Assembly: GCA_002269645.1 (NCBI GenBank)
Contig: NIVC01001031.1
Coordinates: 11,045-75,044 of the forward strand
Length of the DNA: 64,000 nucleotides
Direction of reading: 5' to 3'
Origin: Macrostomum lignano
Taxonomy: Eukaryota
Positions 62,601 to 64,000 of the stretch are shown piece after piece. The notes below the pieces were generated by a model, which saw only the letters and a program-made list of their open reading frames with translations, did no database searches and was not told the DNA's origin. A program made the translations under genes and the position numbers. The stretch's first letter is position 1, and each line of letters opens with the position of its first letter.

Positions 62601-64000
62601 GGTGCACACGACCGCTCTGCCTCTAATACAAAAATTACATGCTATACAGATTTATAGAGAAATTTTAAGTATATGGATATCATAAATTAACATTTTGCCA
62701 CAAGCAGGTCGGTTTTGAATTAGTAACACTTAAAAAAAATAGAATACGTTTTGATGAAAACAATTTAATGTTTTTGTTTGTTCTGTCTTCAAAACGAGAA
62801 TAACAAAAAGCTACCCAATGTGGGTAGAAAAGACAGTTGAAATGTACAAATATTTTGTAGAATTAAGACAGCATCCGCAAGTGTTGCCGTGTTTACTTTG
62901 CGTCGAGTGAGATAGGCTCTGTCTTCTATGTAGGGGTTAGAAATTTTAAACCTAGCAAGTTCGTTCTTGCAGAAAAGACAATGAGGGGCCTTCACTACAC
63001 ATGAACTCGCAATGCTCATACTCAACCATGTTTATAAATAGGTCTTTTTTTAGCCATACACACTTTAGATTGCGCACAGATAATTTTTTGTGGAGCAATA
63101 TAATTTTAATTTTAAAGCAGGTAGCTTTAAATAGTTGTGATTGAGACGCTTCAACAATGCGTCCTGCATTATTCTCATTTGCAATTATCGTTGCGATTTC
63201 GTTATTGACGAGTAAGTAACTCAACAAAAGTTTATTCTACTTAAAGAGACTTTAATCTTTAAGTAGCTGAGCCATTATCTCAACGACTTATCCGTATCCA
63301 TGCGTTGGGAAGCTTTGCTTTGTGAAGCGATCCCCAGCCTATAGAAAAACTATCATCACTTTAACTAATAATTTTGCATTTCTATATCGAAATTCACCTC
63401 GAAAAACACCTACTAATTGTTCAAAAAAAGATTATACTGAAAATTACATTTATTTAGGCCATTATGCGACAGCGGCCTCTTACTACAGATGGAGGAGTCT
63501 GAATCAATCAGAAGGACGGAACTGCTCAAGCAGTCTTAATCCTGGCTTAAATGTCCACATCAGCGAGGCTCTGGTGGATATCATGATGTATCTCTGGATG
63601 AATGGTAACATTTTAACAATTATATTTCTTGCATGCAATTCGACATGAGCCTAGGTCTCATACTGCATGTAATGCTAAACTATAGTGGACCCAGGTATTC
63701 AAAGGTTCACACAAAAAAATCAGTCGCCACCATTTACCTGCACAAATGTAAACGAGGGAAAATCCTGCTTATTAGACATGACTGTTACAGGCAAAGCTTT
63801 AACTGCATAGGTTAGGTATTAAAACGGAAAATGTCGTACGGGAACGGCGATTCACTGGGTGTGCATAGAGAGTGGGTGTGTATTGGGAATGGGTCATCCG
63901 ATAAATCATCGGGGGAGGAACGTAGATATCCAGGGTTAGAATCGTGTAAAATTAAAACTTCAGTGTAAGTCCCATCAGTGGTCACAGCAAATTTTTGATT

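Overview
Eukaryotic (metazoan) genomic DNA: spliced genes with GC-rich exons and introns packed with minisatellites. The style resembles a free-living flatworm such as Macrostomum (inference only). Four blocks. (1) 1-7 kb: tandem repeats. (2) 7.0-30.2 kb: a + strand teneurin, reconstructed by hand as 13 phase-compatible exons (~2,300 codons, EGF repeats to the C-terminal Tox-GHH/TCAP-like region); its 5' exons are not seen. (3) 32,315-41,126: an 8.8-kb EnSpm/CMC-type DNA transposon with 31-bp TIRs and a 2-bp TSD, carrying a frameshifted transposase and an apparently intact 5-exon DUF4806-like partner gene. (4) 41.9-62 kb: six intronless secreted multi-Kazal genes (39 domains, very diverse P1 residues, fixed N-cap and an atypical 8-Cys C-cap; two copies disrupted), then a Cys-rich FN3-repeat gene and its decayed paralog. 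The best candidates for something new are the modular Kazal array, the two-gene transposon, and an 11-copy array of a teneurin exon end plus splice donor. Many long ORFs in the supplied track are artefacts of simple repeats. All domain calls are from motif recognition, not database searches.
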